DNA of 64,000 bases from an uncultured delta proteobacterium (GTDB lineage Bacteria > Desulfobacterota > Syntrophobacteria > Syntrophobacterales > Syntrophobacteraceae): assembly GCA_963808625.1 (NCBI GenBank), contig CAWEHK010000042.1, positions 1-64,000 on the forward strand, written 5' to 3'. A program made the translations under genes and the position numbers. Shown in pieces: positions 62,244-64,000 of the stretch (its first letter is position 1; each line of letters opens with the position of its first letter). The notes under the pieces were generated by a model. The model was not told the origin of the DNA. It worked only from the letters and a program-made list of their open reading frames with translations, and made no database searches.

Positions 62244-64000
62244 ACCCCTGCATCTTGTGTCGCCCATAGTGTATAACATCTGTCTTTGAACCCATCAGTC
62301 GTCGGTTGCTCTCCAGCCTTATACAGAAGACAACTATGCCAGCTTGCATAGCTGAACACCTTCGTCCACACGGCTATCGTGACTGCCTGGGATGGCGTCA
62401 AGGACTGACTCACTGTGAGGCACTTCGACATAGGAATCGGAGGCTCCTGTGAACTGGAGTCCGGCACCGAATTTCCCTTGAACATAAGCGGCGTTAAAGA
62501 CCGTCCCATGATTGTTGTTGCCACTGTGGTCAATGGCATTTTCTTCAAATGGGTAGTAAGCCACAAGACCGCCTATCGGCTTGGGAAGCTCTCCCGGAGT
62601 ACGCTGTTCGAAGGAACCGATGCCGGACCAATGCCTTTCGCATTTTTCGCCTTTACCGTGAACGTATAGACCGTGCCGTTGGTCAACCCCATCACCGTGA
62701 TCGGGCTGGATGCTCCCGTCTTCTTAATTCCGCCGGGGCTGGAGGTCACGGTATAGCTCGTGACGGGACTCCCCCCGTCCGATGCCGGAGCCGTAAAGCT
62801 GACCGTCGCTTGCGCGTTCCCCGCCGTTGCCGTGACGCCGGTGGGTGCTCCCGGCACCGTGGGAGGGGATACCGTCAGAGAGAAGACCGTCCCGTAGGCG
62901 TTGCCGCCTCCCCCGTGGGTGGTCATCCCATACAGGGTGGAACCGGACAGGATGAGGCCCATCCCGGCATTATACCCATCGCTGAATACACTGCTGTCCG
63001 GAAAGCCGTGCAAAGTGAAATGCCCGCTTCCATCCGTGTTGATCCTGAAGATCCTACCGGAGGTCATCCCGTAGAGCGTGGCGCCGAAAAGGGTGAGTTC
63101 TCCATTGGAATCCCATCCCGAATACAGAAGGGTGTAGTCGGTGCCATCCGCGTTGATCCTGAAAATGGTATTCCCGGCCATCCCGAAAAGAACACCACCC
63201 GACACGGCAACGCTCCCATAGGGGTAGTATCCGTCATTGAGCAGGGTCCCATCGTTGAATCGGTGTAAAACCGTGTAGCCGGCGCCATCGGTATCGATCT
63301 TGAAGATCACGCCAAAGCCGCTTCTTGTGGCGCTGCCGCCGCCCCCGACGGTCATCCCGTAGAGAGTCGAACCGGATAGGGTTAGACGGGAATTGCCCGG
63401 TTGCGCCCCATCATAGTCGGTCCCCTCCCCGAAAGCGTGCAGCACGCTGTAGCCACTCCCGTCGGTGTTGACCTGGAAGATTACCCCGACGCCATGCCTG
63501 CCCCCGCCTTGGGTCATCCCGTAGAGGGTGGAGCCGGATAAAGTGAGGCTTCCCATGGGCGAGATCCCGTCACTGTAGCTTCCGAACGGCGCACAATGGC
63601 GTAGCCGCTCCCATCCGTATTGATTCTGAAGATCGTTCCAACTCCGTTCATGCCCCCCGATGGGGTCATCCCGTAGAGTACGGAACCGGATAGGACAAGC
63701 CCTCCATTTGGGGTTCTTCCATCATTGAGGACACTTGCATCCCCGAATGAGTGCAGAATGGAGTAATCCGTGCCGTCCTTTTTCACCCTGAAGATCACCC
63801 CGCCGGCATTCACATAGCTGCTGCCGCCCCCGGAAGTCATCCCATAAAGATAAGTAGAATCTTCCACAACTGGTCCATACGGGTTCTTCCCATCCAGGAG
63901 CGGACCCGTGAATCTGTGCAAGATCCTGTATCCGGTCCCGTCATCCGACGGCGTTACACTGTTCGACGGGCCTGAGGCAGGACCGGCACCGACCGGATTG
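62157..64000 (-). CDS. Surface/secreted protein: TIGR03803-like tandem repeats + FN3 + truncated LamG domain (frameshifted; start lies beyond the window)
   Basis: Repeated LSGSTLYGMT..GG..G.IF.INTDGSGY..LH.F, then PGAPTGVTATAGNAQATVSF, then AYYPFEENA.D.SGNNNHG. Confidence 0.85.

Larger units (their letters stand above)
56293..64000. mobile_element. Decayed genomic island integrated at tRNA-Leu (right boundary not seen)
   Basis: Integrase remnant abuts the tRNA 3' end, followed by Fic, TA-like and restriction-like cargo and truncated genes. Confidence 0.7.

Overview
This is about 58% GC (estimated by eye) bacterial chromosomal DNA. Gene content and order suggest an anaerobic Desulfobacterota or Syntrophobacterales-like organism (inference). 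About 20 genes, including housekeeping ones such as aroA, aroD, kdsC, lptC and rtcB, are split by single-base indels, most likely long-read assembly errors, so I give joined coordinates. From left to right the window holds: GIY-YIG and HNH nuclease genes with cassette-like ends; an acyl-CoA dehydrogenase; an IS5 (IS1031-type) element in tandem with a matching MITE; a MacAB-type ABC exporter; nagZ; a double-Cache protein; a pheA-aroD-aroE-aroA operon under a Tyr/Phe-rich leader-peptide attenuator; rtcB-archease-Uma2; CBS proteins; a PAS kinase; a sigma54 activator with a Tat-exported [NiFe] hydrogenase whose small subunit ends in a CxxCH motif; a RACo/YkgJ cluster; khpA behind a long structured leader; a long core run pyrG-kdsA-kdsC-lptCAB-rpoN-hpf-ptsN-rapZ-EIIA-rimI; a 1447-aa PPDK-like protein that lacks the pyruvate domain, beside a divergent GAPDH; gap; pgk-tpi; secG; tRNA-Leu(GAG); and a decayed tRNA-integrated island (integrase remnant, Fic, a 483-aa orphan, a type IV TA-like pair, an mcrB-like fragment, a repeat/FN3/LamG surface protein). 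Intergenic DNA is rich in heptamer tandem repeats, 9-mer inverted-repeat elements and REP-like palindromes. Some palindromes sit inside MITEs, and some heptamer arrays sit in-frame inside aroE. The best candidates for new biology are the orphan dikinase plus GAPDH-like module, the aromatic attenuator, the REP-carrying MITEs and coding heptamer arrays, the heme-tailed hydrogenase, and the khpA leader RNA. No CRISPR array or rRNA gene was seen.
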